64,000 bases of DNA from Schizochytrium sp. TIO01 (taxonomy: Eukaryota > Protista > Bigyra: Labyrinthulomycetes), in assembly GCA_004764695.1 (NCBI GenBank), contig SMSO01000032.1, forward strand, positions 3,442,483-3,506,482, in the 5' to 3' direction. Made by a program: the position numbers and the translations under genes. The notes under the pieces are model-generated. The model saw only the letters and a program-made list of their open reading frames with translations. It ran no database searches and was not told where the DNA came from. Positions 45,249 to 56,250 of the stretch are shown here, piece by piece (positions within the stretch are counted from its first letter, which is position 1; every line of letters begins with the position of its first letter).

Positions 45249-48200
45249 TCATGGAGGAGAAACCTTCCTCTGTGCCTGCAGCTTGGCTTCGTGGACTTTC
45301 TCCATTGCCTGCTTCATGGTATAGGAATAAGATCCAGAAAGGTTATGTTGAATTTTCTCACCTGCACGGCGCTCAAGTTCATTCATAGGAATCGAACGAC
45401 GTGCATGGCGACGCAGCTGCTGAGACACATAATCATGATCTTCAATCAGGAGCTTGAGGGTATGTTTTGGTACCTTGGAGACAATGGTGTTTCGCTGTGT
45501 ACACACTGCTGACACTTGATACTTTGAGCCGGACATAATCTGCTCCAGCCCGAGAGTGTCACCTGGAACAAGGAATTGCCGGCGAGCAATGCATCCAGGC
45601 CGGCGATCCTTGTCAAGAAATCCTTCCACACGAGGTGCCCAGTCATTTGGCCCCGGATCCTGATTTAACTGTATGTTCTCCGTCCTTGAGCTCAAGTTCG
45701 GATCATCAATATCGTCGTCATTTTCAGAGGGATGAAAAACACCCGTATCGTTTTCACAGAGTTCTAAGCCTCCACGATGTACCATGTACACCGCATCAAT
45801 ATCTTCACCTTCGCGGAAGAGTAGATCCCCCGGCTGCATAATAAGCCGCGTGACACCTCCAAGGTCTGTATGCTCACGCGAGTGTTGTTTAGTCGCAGCC
45901 GTAGAGTACTCCCTGATTGAGTCCTTCAGAGCTTCTTCGGCACTCTTGTTGTCACGATCAACGAAGTGATGCAGGGGCGCTGTGAATGTATCCTCATCTT
46001 CATCTCGTTCAATCATACCAAGGTACTCACTGATATCCTTTCTAACGCGCCGTTTCTCAAGCTCATCTTTACGTTTTTGTTCGTTCGCCCGCACGCGGCG
46101 CGCACGCTTATCTTCCTTAGCAAGCTTCAAAAGATTCCGTACCCATCGGTGCTGGCGAAGCCGCATGGCCAGAACTACAGCCTTACCAAAGGTTGTCGAT
46201 CCATCTCCAACGAGGCGAAAAAAATCCTCCTGGGGCATCATCAAGATATCTGCATCACTTACGCAGCGGATTGTTGTCGCGTATGCAGGAACATTTTCCA
46301 TAAGAGATTGTTCACCAAAATGATCACCTGGTCCAAGGTGAGCTAGGCTCAACTTCTTTCCATCCTCGGACACGAATTCGATTGATACTGATCCAGTATC
46401 CACAATGAAGAAATGAGAGGGTTTCTCTCCACATTTTACCACGGCTTCTCCAGCACTAAATTTGCGACGCTCCATTCGGTTAACTGCTTCTGCAAATTGC
46501 TCAAATGCTGCAACATGTTTGCTCATAAGATCCTCTGATATAACCTCGTATTGAGTCGACTTGTCTTTGAGCTCTTCCTTTCCAAAAGGTGGTGTTGCAT
46601 ACCAATCTCGCGCTGAACGATACCAACTAATCGGGTTGGCGTAATCGAGAACGTAAACTGTAGCCCGGCCAGTAGCCCAAAGCGCCCGACCCACACGACT
46701 GCCTGATGGCTTATTTTCAGACTCATTTTCAGACTCATCGTCCGTCACAGGTACTTCCTGTTCATCAGATTTTGAAGGGGTATCAGCTGGTACATCTCCG
46801 TCATCATCAATATTGCCTTCATCAGCTCCAGGGGGTTGGGGTTTGACTGCACCAGACACTGTAGCCTCTGGCAAATCGTCTCTCAACAGTAGGGGTAACA
46901 ATTGCGGCTCACTTACACCACGTTCAATATCAGCAATCTGGGATTGCCAAAACTCCTTTCGGGCTTGAATAAGATTTTCCAAGTAGAACCGGAAAACAGG
47001 CTCATCGCGACGCAGACGTGTGAGTTCTGGCATAGGAATGCCAATTACTGTCACTGGGGTAATACATTTAGCCGTGCTGTAGCGCGTGCCTCCTCCGCCA
47101 GTTGCAGCAGAAGTACCAATTAGATCACCTGGACCGCGCTCAGCTAGCTTGACAGCCATGTCTTCTGCGCCACGAGCGCGGCTTGATGGAGCACTAGTAT
47201 TACTTCCAACTAAACCTTCCTGGATAAGATACATGAAATCTGCACGCTCGCCCTGATGAAAAAGCACCTGGCCAGGAGAGAGATACTTAACAACGAGGCC
47301 TTGGGGGCGAAGATGCTCAACAAGGCCGTGAAGGCGCTTGGCCTGCTGTTTCATTGCAACTCTAAAAATAACCTCATTGAGGGCAGGGGAGCCGGCAAGA
47401 GCGCCGAGAAAGATGTCCTTTGGCACAAATAAGACCTCTGACGGTTTAGTACAGCGAACAGTGGCGCTACGACGCTTTTGACCTTGCACCAGGGCAGCTT
47501 CACCAAAGATTGATCCAGGTTCGAGGATAGCATACGAATACCTAGAGTCCTCACCATCAAGGCTGCTACCTTGGGCTTCAAGTTCTTCCAACTCTTTGTA
47601 TTCCAGGCGCGCTTTTCCATTCAAGAGCACATAAAACCCTTGTGGAATCGATCCCTGACGAAACACGCACTCGCCCGCTTTAAACGAACGAGTAACACAA
47701 TCCAATTTTCGTAAATAAGCCTTGAATTCATCATAATTGATACCACCTCCAGCATCTGAAGATTTGGTCTTACGACCATCTCCGGTTCTGTCACGGTAGG
47801 ATACCACAACATCGTCCTCGGCTTCATCCCCTGTGCTTTGCAATAGACGTTCCACAGCACTTGGTGAAAGCGTTCCTCTTTTAGAAAGGTCAAACATGTT
47901 AAAGGCATCGTGGAACAAGCGTTCAGATGTGATTTCATTTTCACCAAGCGCGGCCTGCGCATCTTCCTCGTACACGGAACGGCCTTGCACGCCAACAGCC
48001 ATGAGCAAAACACGAGCAAAGGCCTCGCCATAACGTTGGGAAGAAAATGGCTTCAAACGAGCATCCGTATCTGTTCCCACGCGCTTATCTGCCTCGGTAT
48101 TACGAACAACACGATAACCTTGCTGCGTCCAACTGGTGGGTAAAAGCTCGTCGTAATCTTCTTCACCAGAAGCACGTTTCTTTTTTAAGCGCTTGATAAA

Positions 48201-49787
48201 GGGGTGCTCCAGGACATCACGCGAGGTAAAACGAGTTTCAGGATTAGGATCGAGTAGTCCTCTGATGAGATTTTTAGCATCCTCGGAGAGTCTGAGCTTT
48301 TCGCCGTGTATATCAAAGCGAAACTTGCCCTTGAGAATCGCGCGCGCCATCTCGCGCTCGTCACCACGACCTTGAGGATCAAAGGGGTGGCAGCCAAGAA
48401 GCATAATGTACAAAAGGATACCTAGCGCCCACATATCGCAGGCACGGGGGTCAGAGCGCACGACATCGCGGTCCATATCCGAAAGATTTCTACCATCTTT
48501 CCCAACTACACTGGCTACCTGCTCAGGCGACCAGTAGGCAAGCGTGCCAACACGAGACCCCTTGTCGCCACGAACCATGGAGAGCTGGCCTGCAACTTCG
48601 CTGATTTTTGCAGCCATTCCAAAGTCGATAATACGACAGTCGTCAACAGATTTTTTTGTGGCAAACACAAGATTTTCGGGTTTGATATCTAAGTGGACAT
48701 AGCCGCACTTGTGAATGTGCTGCAAAGCCGATGCAACACGTGACATAATGGAACTCGCTGCATCCTCTTTAAATGGACCATTATAAATTAGGTGATCCAA
48801 GACTTCACCGCCTTCGCAAAGTTCTGTAACAACGTAGTACTTTCCGCAGCAGTACATGACGTCAATAAGGTGGATGATATTGTCGTGTCCACGGACGCGG
48901 CGAAGGACCTCAACCTCCTCGAGGAGAGCCTCGGCAGACATCGCCGTGTGAGGGACAACCTTCATGGCGACCTTGCGGCCCGTAGAGCGATCCAAAGCGC
49001 GAACAACCCGTCCATAAGCGCCTTTTCCAATAACTTGCATCTGGTTGCGTTGTTTGGTGGGTGCTGGTTTTGGTGGGCTGCTTGGTGCAGCGCCCGAAGA
49101 AGGAGCAGAGGACGACGAGGAGGCAGTCAACGCTGCGAGTTCTGGGTCGCTATCAGAGACGTGCCGTGCGGGATGTTTTGAATCTCTACTGACTATTTGC
49201 TCAACTTCCTCGCTGGGCTCAGGAAGCTCCTCAGGTTCTGAGCTTGGAAGCTCGGTGGTGCCCACGTTTGCTGGAGCCTTTTCGAGATCTTTTTCATCAA
49301 ATGCGTAACGAAGCATGAGTGCGGCAGGCGTAATTTGCTCTCCAACCGAAAAGGCTTCGATAGTCACTGCGGCTCCAGCGCTGCCACTTGTGCTAAAACG
49401 GCGACTGACCTCCACTTGTGGCACAGAGATGTAGGACCGAGAGGCAATTTGCTCCTTGCCGTCTTGTGAGACCAGATACAGGGATCCGATAGCCGCGCCG
49501 ATGGATCCAATGAGAAGTCCTAATGAGAGGGTTTTTGTCGTGAGAATGGGTTCATTGCGAGCTTGAAAAGAATTCAGGCGCTTTGGATTAAGCGCGGGTT
49601 GTTTTGCTCCATTATGCTGTGCATGGTGTTGGTCGTGCTGGTGATTTGGAGGTGGCACATCACTATTAAACCATCGAATGGAGTATACACGCGGTGCAAC
49701 CGCAAGCCTGCGATCTCGCCCTACTACATGTCGGGCAAAGACTCGTACATTTGCCAGCTCTCGTGGCAAGCGATTCCGGGCTGTCAT
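45249..49787 (-). CDS. CAMK-group Ser/Thr kinase with EF-hand-like pair and four cyclic-nucleotide-binding (CNB) domains; presequence-like N-terminus plus TM helix
   Basis: GKGAYGRV, VAMK, HLDIKPEN, DFG, GTLAYWSPE, DMWALG; EF-like FDLSKRGTLS and GGINYDEF; CNB repeats starting FKAGECVFRQG, LSPGQVLFHQG, FSAGEAVVKCG, MQPGDLLFREG. Confidence 0.93.
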   Translation of the reverse strand: MTARNRLPRELANVRVFARHVVGRDRRLAVAPRVYSIRWFNSDVPPPNHQHDQHHAQHNGAKQPALNPKRLNSFQARNEPILTTKTLSLGLLIGSIGAAIGSLYLVSQDGKEQIASRSYISVPQVEVSRRFSTSGSAGAAVTIEAFSVGEQITPAALMLRYAFDEKDLEKAPANVGTTELPSSEPEELPEPSEEVEQIVSRDSKHPARHVSDSDPELAALTASSSSSAPSSGAAPSSPPKPAPTKQRNQMQVIGKGAYGRVVRALDRSTGRKVAMKVVPHTAMSAEALLEEVEVLRRVRGHDNIIHLIDVMYCCGKYYVVTELCEGGEVLDHLIYNGPFKEDAASSIMSRVASALQHIHKCGYVHLDIKPENLVFATKKSVDDCRIIDFGMAAKISEVAGQLSMVRGDKGSRVGTLAYWSPEQVASVVGKDGRNLSDMDRDVVRSDPRACDMWALGILLYIMLLGCHPFDPQGRGDEREMARAILKGKFRFDIHGEKLRLSEDAKNLIRGLLDPNPETRFTSRDVLEHPFIKRLKKKRASGEEDYDELLPTSWTQQGYRVVRNTEADKRVGTDTDARLKPFSSQRYGEAFARVLLMAVGVQGRSVYEEDAQAALGENEITSERLFHDAFNMFDLSKRGTLSPSAVERLLQSTGDEAEDDVVVSYRDRTGDGRKTKSSDAGGGINYDEFKAYLRKLDCVTRSFKAGECVFRQGSIPQGFYVLLNGKARLEYKELEELEAQGSSLDGEDSRYSYAILEPGSIFGEAALVQGQKRRSATVRCTKPSEVLFVPKDIFLGALAGSPALNEVIFRVAMKQQAKRLHGLVEHLRPQGLVVKYLSPGQVLFHQGERADFMYLIQEGLVGSNTSAPSSRARGAEDMAVKLAERGPGDLIGTSAATGGGGTRYSTAKCITPVTVIGIPMPELTRLRRDEPVFRFYLENLIQARKEFWQSQIADIERGVSEPQLLPLLLRDDLPEATVSGAVKPQPPGADEGNIDDDGDVPADTPSKSDEQEVPVTDDESENESENKPSGSRVGRALWATGRATVYVLDYANPISWYRSARDWYATPPFGKEELKDKSTQYEVISEDLMSKHVAAFEQFAEAVNRMERRKFSAGEAVVKCGEKPSHFFIVDTGSVSIEFVSEDGKKLSLAHLGPGDHFGEQSLMENVPAYATTIRCVSDADILMMPQEDFFRLVGDGSTTFGKAVVLAMRLRQHRWVRNLLKLAKEDKRARRVRANEQKRKDELEKRRVRKDISEYLGMIERDEDEDTFTAPLHHFVDRDNKSAEEALKDSIREYSTAATKQHSREHTDLGGVTRLIMQPGDLLFREGEDIDAVYMVHRGGLELCENDTGVFHPSENDDDIDDPNLSSRTENIQLNQDPGPNDWAPRVEGFLDKDRRPGCIARRQFLVPGDTLGLEQIMSGSKYQVSAVCTQRNTIVSKVPKHTLKLLIEDHDYVSQQLRRHARRSIPMNELERRAGEKIQHNLSGSYSYTMKQAMEKVHEAKLQAQRKVSPP

Positions 49788-50320
49788 GGCGAGGAGTCAA
49801 TTGCTTATGACTGACCAATTCTTTGAAGCACTCTTAAATTTTGCGTTTTTCAGAGCCCTCTTCTCCGAGAGAGAACTCCTCCTTTCTTCTAGCCTATAGT
49901 ATTCCACAAGTTATCCGCAAAATATTGCTGCTTGTTTCCCTCCTACAGGGTTAGGTCTCCAAGAAGTGAAATTGTAGGCCGTCCTCCAAATCCTAAAAAC
50001 CGATTTACAAGGGGCAAGAAGCAGATGAAGAAGTTTCGCAATTTGCTAACGCCACAGCAAATAAAGATTTGAAGACAAGATCAAAATCAAAGAAAATTAT
50101 CGAGCACACAGTCGATGAAGTCCAGGACAAAACCGCAGCTGAATCGGCAAAAGTCGCCGCAGAATAAGTAAAGAGTTTGCTGTAGCTTCGTCCAAAACCT
50201 AGGCGTATCACGCGTTCGCCCTCTATTCACACCTATTTCCAAAGCTTTCTCTAGGTTAGAGAATGCAACAGAGGTACGTATCTTTTATCTCAGAGGCGGG
50301 AGCAGAAGACACAAGGCGGC

Positions 50321-50500
50321 TCCAGCACCAGCACCAGCACCAGCACCGGCGGTAGTGACGGCGGCGGCGTCGAAAGGACCGAGCGAGCGAGCGAACGAAC
50401 AAACAAAGAAAGAAAGAAAGAAAGAAAGGGCAGACAGATAGGAAACAAAGAAACAAAGAGAGAAGAGAAAGAGGGAAAGAAAGAAAGGAGAATAAACAAA
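50321..50500. repeat. Microsatellite cluster (CAGCAC)n, (GAGC)n, (GAAA)n, (AAAC)n
   Basis: Directly visible. Confidence 0.85.
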
Positions 50501-50850
50501 CGTGCAGGGACAAGATGAAGGCTGCGCAGGACTCGCTCCTAGCGGCCCGTTAGAGTGCCGGCTAAAGTCCTCCTTGCCTCGCCTCGATCTCCCTCCGACC
50601 GCAAGCGCTGCGGCCAGCCAGCCAGCCAGCGCGAGCTCGAGTCCCGACGGACTTGGCGCTGCCGCTGTTCACGAACTAAAAGCTCCTCGAAAGAAAGAAG
50701 ATGACGCTAACTCATGAAAAGGAAAGAGAAAGAAACTATTTCACTCCTTATAATACATATTATGCCCCTAATCAAATTTGATTCCAATCTATCCGAGTCC
50801 TAGGTCTATTTATTCATAGTAGTAGTGAAAAATCTGTTCAAATCACAGTC

Positions 50851-50964
50851 GAATTCAAATTCCAATTCCAATTCAAATTAATTCAAACTCGAATTCAAAT
50901 TCAAATTCAAATTCAAATTCAAATCCAAATTCAAATCTAGATTCAAGGTGAAGCTCAAATTCAA
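50851..50964. repeat. Degenerate hexamer tandem array (AATTCA)n
   Basis: gaattcaaattccaattccaattcaaatt...aattcaaattcaaattcaaattcaaattcaaatccaaattcaaat. Confidence 0.9.
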
Positions 50965-51985
50965 TCGCGAGAAACTTCGAGCTCCACCCGCCCGGGGTCG
51001 AGTTCGAGCTTCCCTGCGGCCGAGCGGTGTCCTCCTGGCAGCCCGTCTGCGCGCAGGCCTCGGCAGCCATTCCTTGGCACGTTGTTTCCGCCGCCACTGT
51101 TTCTAAGAGAAGACTCGTCCACGGATTTGTGTCGATCCACGAGTTCAAATTCCTGCGCCTTCTTCTCAGACGGATATCCGACTTCTCAAAGTGAACTTTC
51201 CGCTCCTTAAACTGAGCTATTTCCACTTCGAAGTGAACCATTCCCGCCACAACTACAGAATACCGCGGCCTTCTGTCGCCTAGGCTAAACCTTAGCAGCG
51301 GCTAGGAGTTGCACCCTTCAACAAAGGATGGAGATCTCGATGTAACAGATAGATTAACAAATGTGAATGGCCCTGCGCGTGTAGAGCGGCCCTCAGCCGC
51401 GGCCTTCTGGCCATGAGGTGCGTGGGCGCGACCTTGTCTACTCCCCGCCCGGAGGCCTTCGCCAGCCGGCCTGCACGCCCCACGGCTGCCTTTCGAACGA
51501 GGTGTCTTGGCGCAGCCAAATCTTTCTTCTCTTCCCATCTCCAGTAGGCGCCGTTAGGGGTGTCCTAGGCCGTGCCGGGGCGCGGGTTTTTGTCTTCTTT
51601 GCAATAATAGGCGTGGATATTTATCGTTCTCTTTCAAGTGATAGTGCCACCCAATAATAGCTCAACCTGGGGATGTCCTAAGGTAGAAACCCTTGGCTTC
51701 GATGAGCTTGAGGCTGACGAAGCGTAGGCGGAAAAGGGGCCTGGGACTGCTCGAAACAACGTGCATCATGATGTTCCCCGTACAGGCGCAGGTTTATGGG
51801 CCAGTGGTGCGCGAGGAGGGCTTGATTTCAACTTCTAGATCTTCAAATTCCTCCTGGCTCCCTCCCTCCTTTCCCTCTCAAGGTTCTTGGATTGGAAGTG
51901 AAGCAGATTCGCTCAGTTCGTATAATACTTTATATTGTCTAGAAGCCTCAAAGCTTTCAACCGAAGCAAGTAGCTAGCTTCTCCA

Positions 51986-52056
51986 GCTTTCGTAGTTCAA
52001 TGGTAGAACGTCACGTTGTGGCCGTGACGACCGTGGTTCGATTCCGCGCGAAGGCA
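51986..52056 (+). tRNA. tRNA-His (GTG)
   Basis: Cloverleaf: acceptor GCTTTCG/CGAAGGC, D arm GTTC/GAAC, anticodon stem TCACG/CGTGA with loop TTGTGGC, T arm CGTGG-TTCGATT-CCGCG, discriminator A; T6 Pol III terminator just downstream. Confidence 0.96.
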
Positions 52057-52820
52057 AATTATCTTTTTTCTCCTCACATGAGTGGCTTAGTGCCCTAGCC
52101 TTCCTATGTTAATGGCTAGCTACCAGGTTACTTGTACTTTTTGTTTTTCTCTTTTCCAGTGTGATTTCTTATAGTGAGGGATGGCACCAAATAATTGTGA
52201 TCTGAGGTTCACTGCAAAATTGCAATCACAGCCACGATGTCATGATTGGTGGGTGATGCTCAGGAATCCAAGACTCAGGACGGCTGTATGTGGTGAAGCG
52301 TGGAACCATGGTTCGCTACCTATATTTTTGTAGTTCTTTGTTGTCATCGGTTCATCTACAGTACTCAAGATGTAAAACATTGACCCCGTCCCCGTGGAAT
52401 CGTTACAAGGTAGTGGGATTTTAAATTTATCAGGCTAAATTACTCACGATAAAATATTCCATCAGCTCGATAGTCAAAATAATTAATGGATGCCTAGGTG
52501 CGGTGTTGCACAGCAAGCTTTTGAACTGATCAAGCGTTTAGAATTATTTAGGCAGCTGGAAGCCTGTCCAAGTTTCTGATACTGGCCATGCTCTACTTTG
52601 AGTTCTATTCGCCTAGTTCTATTTATTCAAAAGAGAGGTGAAAAATCTTTCGTCTATCTTATGAAACTGGGGTTCATCGAGTTGATCTGCATCACGTTTG
52701 TTAAACGAAATTCGACCATTTCGACAATTGTGGTAGCTCCCTAAGGAAGCAGTGGCTTAGATTCGATGGGTTTTTCAAAAACAACGTTGGCCCCAGGACC
52801 TTCAACAGCTCAAATAGCTT

Positions 52821-52891
52821 GCTTTCGTAGTTCAATGGTAGAACGTCACGTTGTGGCCGTGACGACCGTGGTTCGATTCCGCGCGAAGGCA
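52821..52891 (+). tRNA. tRNA-His (GTG), identical second copy
   Basis: Same 71-nt sequence, followed by catcatctttttt terminator. Confidence 0.96.
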
Positions 52892-53155
52892 CATCATCTT
52901 TTTTCCCCTCCCACTCTTCGCCCTCTTTTTCTTAATATATTGTTCTTTCCAACTAAATACATTTAAAATTAATTAAAATTTAATTTTAAAAACAAAAAAG
53001 GAGGAGTTGAGTGCGAACGATGAGAAAACACAAGTTACAGGTGCTTTTAGCTTTTTCATAACAATGCAAATGAGAGTAACCTTATTTTGTTAAAGTTGGG
53101 TGCCTAATAGACAGCTAAATACAATTTCACTGGTTTTTGAAAAATGTCAAGAGCT

Positions 53156-54112
53156 TTAAGCAATTTTGAAGGTGTTGGACCATTCCTGAAGCAAATCCAA
53201 CGAGACAGCAGAACCACCACAAACAATAACACCTACGCGAGCTTCAGAAGAAAATTTTTGCTTGAGAGCAGCAGCCAGGGCAGCACCGCAAGCCGGCTCG
53301 ACAAGTACGCGGTGCTCATCCGCGAGAAATTTGCACGCAGCCACAGCCTCCGCATCTGAGACAATTTGGCTTTCGCATCCAGCAGGGTGGTCCTGTGCAA
53401 ATTTAAGAGAATCCGCAGAAACACAAAGAGCTCCTAGTGTTGTGGCGATAGTGTCGATTTTTTCAAGACGCGTAAGCTCCCCAGCCTCCAGAGAAGCGGC
53501 GAACGATGCTGCGCCTTCAGTCTCTGCTGCAATGACACGCGTTTTGTTTGCCCATTCTGGGCCGACTTCGGAAAGACCAAAGATAACTCCAGCAATGAGA
53601 CCACCGCCACCAACGCTGACAACAATGGCATCAAGCGGCTCGTTGTCACCCTCAGGAAGCTGCTCAGAGATTTCCTTAATCATAGGCGAGTGGCCTTCCC
53701 AAAGCTTAGGATGGTCAAAGGGTGGCACATAAGCAGCTTTCGGGTCCTTTTCACAGATCTCACGAGCGTACGCATCAGCGCCATTCCAATTTTCTCCGAC
53801 AATGTCAACCTTTGCCCCAACATCCCTGATTCTACGCACCATGAGTTCCTTGGTCGTCTTGGGAACTACAATGTGTGCGGTCATGCCAAGTTGACGAGCA
53901 CAGTATGCTGCACTGAGGCCCGCATTGCCACCAGAGGAGCAAACGATACTTTCATAGCCTTCTCCTTTGAGGTGATTGAGCAGGTGCGACATGCCACGCT
54001 GCTTGAAGCTGCCGGAGGGCTGCGAGCTCTCCATCTTTAGCCACACCGATGCCACGCCTAGCTTTTGTGCCAGAGCTGGCGACTCTACGAGCGGCGTACG
54101 TGCTGCCGACAT
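53156..54112 (-). CDS. L-serine/L-threonine dehydratase (PLP fold type II, SDS/CHA1-like)
   Basis: RTPLVES, LKMESSQPSGSFKQRG (PLP Lys), SSGGNAG, PPFDHP..WEGH, SVGGGGL, VEPACGAALA, IVCGGS. Confidence 0.95.
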   Translation of the reverse strand: MSAARTPLVESPALAQKLGVASVWLKMESSQPSGSFKQRGMSHLLNHLKGEGYESIVCSSGGNAGLSAAYCARQLGMTAHIVVPKTTKELMVRRIRDVGAKVDIVGENWNGADAYAREICEKDPKAAYVPPFDHPKLWEGHSPMIKEISEQLPEGDNEPLDAIVVSVGGGGLIAGVIFGLSEVGPEWANKTRVIAAETEGAASFAASLEAGELTRLEKIDTIATTLGALCVSADSLKFAQDHPAGCESQIVSDAEAVAACKFLADEHRVLVEPACGAALAAALKQKFSSEARVGVIVCGGSAVSLDLLQEWSNTFKIA

Positions 54113-55293
54113 CTTCACTAACGTACTTGTTTGCTTACTAGCTTGCTTACTTGCTGATTTCTTTGTTTAGATTTCGAGATATTCTCCCAAAGGTTCGTGC
54201 GCAAACTCCTGGGCTTGCAGATGGCAATCGCAGTTTTAAGGATTTGCTTCTGCTTGTAGTCTGGTTTTCCTCGCGCTAGGTACCTGGGTAGTGCCTAGCT
54301 ACATATACCTAACACTAAAGAGGTCTATGTATATAGTACTACCAAAGGACCACGAGTGTGGAGCGTCGCATTGGTTACTATAATAAACACTACTGACCCC
54401 GTAGTGCCGGGAGTTCCTTGAAATTTGCACGTGGTGTGTAGTCATTTCTTTATAAGGGTCTGGTTCTAGAACCCTTGGGAGAAATGTAGCTGGGTGCGAG
54501 TCAGTTTATTCGGGTACATTTTGAAGTATCGCCTCGAGCTTGAAGTTGGAGGTGCACTGCTAGGCTTGAAACATGATTTGAGGGCAGATGGCAGGATGTC
54601 TTCCGGGAATGGTGCCATGTCTGGACAGGCTGGAGCAAACTCTTGAGGAAAGGGCGAATAGGTGGAAGTTGGCACTTCAAACGTTGTACAAGCAATTCCA
54701 GAGAAGGTCTTCGCGAAGAAATGCGGAGCATTTGATGGGCCATAAGGCAGAGCAAGTGACGTTTATTATAGAGTGGTGATATTGCAAGGTATCAGCAAGC
54801 AAAAGTACCATACACCTGTAAGGTACCTAGCATGGTAGCTATCTCTACAAAACGTGATAAAGAGCGAGTAGAACTTGCGGACTTCGAACAAGATCTTTGT
54901 AAAACACAAGTGACAAGACATAAGAAAAACATTGAGCGCGATGCAGTCCCCGGCTTTAAGTAATCCACTACAATGCAATCTGGTCCTAGACAGATGTTAG
55001 CAGTGATAATCGGTGAGACCACTCTACATCATTGCATCACATCGCAGCTTTGATCGCGCAGCAGTAGTAAAAATGAAATAGCAAAAACTTTGACAAAACA
55101 ACAGAAGATGAATTAACGGAATTTCTTTGGCTAAAAAGAAAGCTTGGGGTTGAGAAACACACGAGTGAATGTATGATTGTAAGGATGTTGAAAATTCAAC
55201 AAACAGGGGGGGTGACAATCATCGCCATGGCACTGGCCAGGGCTATGGAAGCACCTAATGAAGAATTACCGCAGAGTCCGCCTACTCACTAAA

Positions 55294-56250
55294 TTAAGCC
55301 CACATCGCGAGGACAGCCATGATGGTCATGCCAATAGCCAGACCGAGGAATGCGAGAGCCGGGTAAAGTGCAGGAGCACGGTGGAGGCCACGGCTGGCAA
55401 CAATCCAGGGGAGAAGGAGGCTGATCATACCGAGGTAGAGCAGAATGCCACCACAGATACTGTTGAGGATAGCGAGGAGAAGTGCAACCTGGGTAGACTC
55501 ACCATCGTAAGTGCTGTGAGTACCAATACCAATGGCAACACCAATGGGAGTGGTCAGGGAGTAAGCAGCAGCCATGCAGAGAATCTTGACCTTGGATTTG
55601 ATGTGGGAGTTAGCAATAACCTCAGCGAGCGCAAAGCCTTCGAAGAACTGATGGAACACGAGGGCAATGAGGAGAGGGCGCCAGTCGCTCTCAACCTGGA
55701 GACCGAGGTCAAAACCAATGAGGATACTGTGGATGAGAATGTTAGCCTCGAGGACCACGGCATCCATGATTGAGCGGCGAGCCTTGCTCTCAGTAGAGTC
55801 CGCAGATGAATCAGCGATGGAAGTCTTCTCAAGGTCTTTGATTTCCTCCTCGCCTCCGTGACCGTGGCCAGCCTGCACAAGGTCCTGAAGTTCCTCGACG
55901 GTGGCGGTGTTGCCGTGTCCTTGACGACGCTGCAACATATCACCAAGGGAGCTGATAAAGACACCAGCAAGAGCAAAGACCCATTGCCAGGACTCGTAGC
56001 CATCCCAGCCAGCATCTTCAAAGTACTCGGGGGCCTCGTTAAGAAGGTGGATAGTGGCAGTGGTCACGACAATACCACAACCCAGGCCCTTGAGGAGAAC
56101 GATCAGGGCAACAATGGGCTTCAAGCCACAGCATCCAAGCTTGTGGGCTGAGTGAAGGGCAGCAGAGAGAGCAAATCCCATTGCAGAGGCCACCATAATG
56201 ATGAAAAGGCCTGCAATTTGCAGGGGTTGGTTGTACTCATCGTCGCTCAT
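55294..56250 (-). CDS. ZIP-family (ZRT/IRT-like) Zn/Fe transporter
   Basis: About 8 TM segments; G.G....TA.IHLL.EA, His loop AGHGHGG, HSILIG, FHQFFEG, TTPIGVAIG, GGILLY. Confidence 0.95.
   Translation of the reverse strand: MSDDEYNQPLQIAGLFIIMVASAMGFALSAALHSAHKLGCCGLKPIVALIVLLKGLGCGIVVTTATIHLLNEAPEYFEDAGWDGYESWQWVFALAGVFISSLGDMLQRRQGHGNTATVEELQDLVQAGHGHGGEEEIKDLEKTSIADSSADSTESKARRSIMDAVVLEANILIHSILIGFDLGLQVESDWRPLLIALVFHQFFEGFALAEVIANSHIKSKVKILCMAAAYSLTTPIGVAIGIGTHSTYDGESTQVALLLAILNSICGGILLYLGMISLLLPWIVASRGLHRAPALYPALAFLGLAIGMTIMAVLAMWA

Noticed and set aside
50256-51250. ORFs with FLSF, CWCW and FEFE runs
   Set aside because: Translations of microsatellites and the hexamer array.
51573-51600. 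GCCGGGGCGCG resembling the 5' end of SRP RNA
   Set aside because: Followed immediately by a T-run; no SRP helix-8 motif seen downstream.
55258-55773. 171-aa plus-strand ORF opposite the ZIP gene (and similar ORFs opposite the SDR, dehydratase and PHD genes)
   Set aside because: Antisense open frames expected from the strong codon bias of the sense genes.
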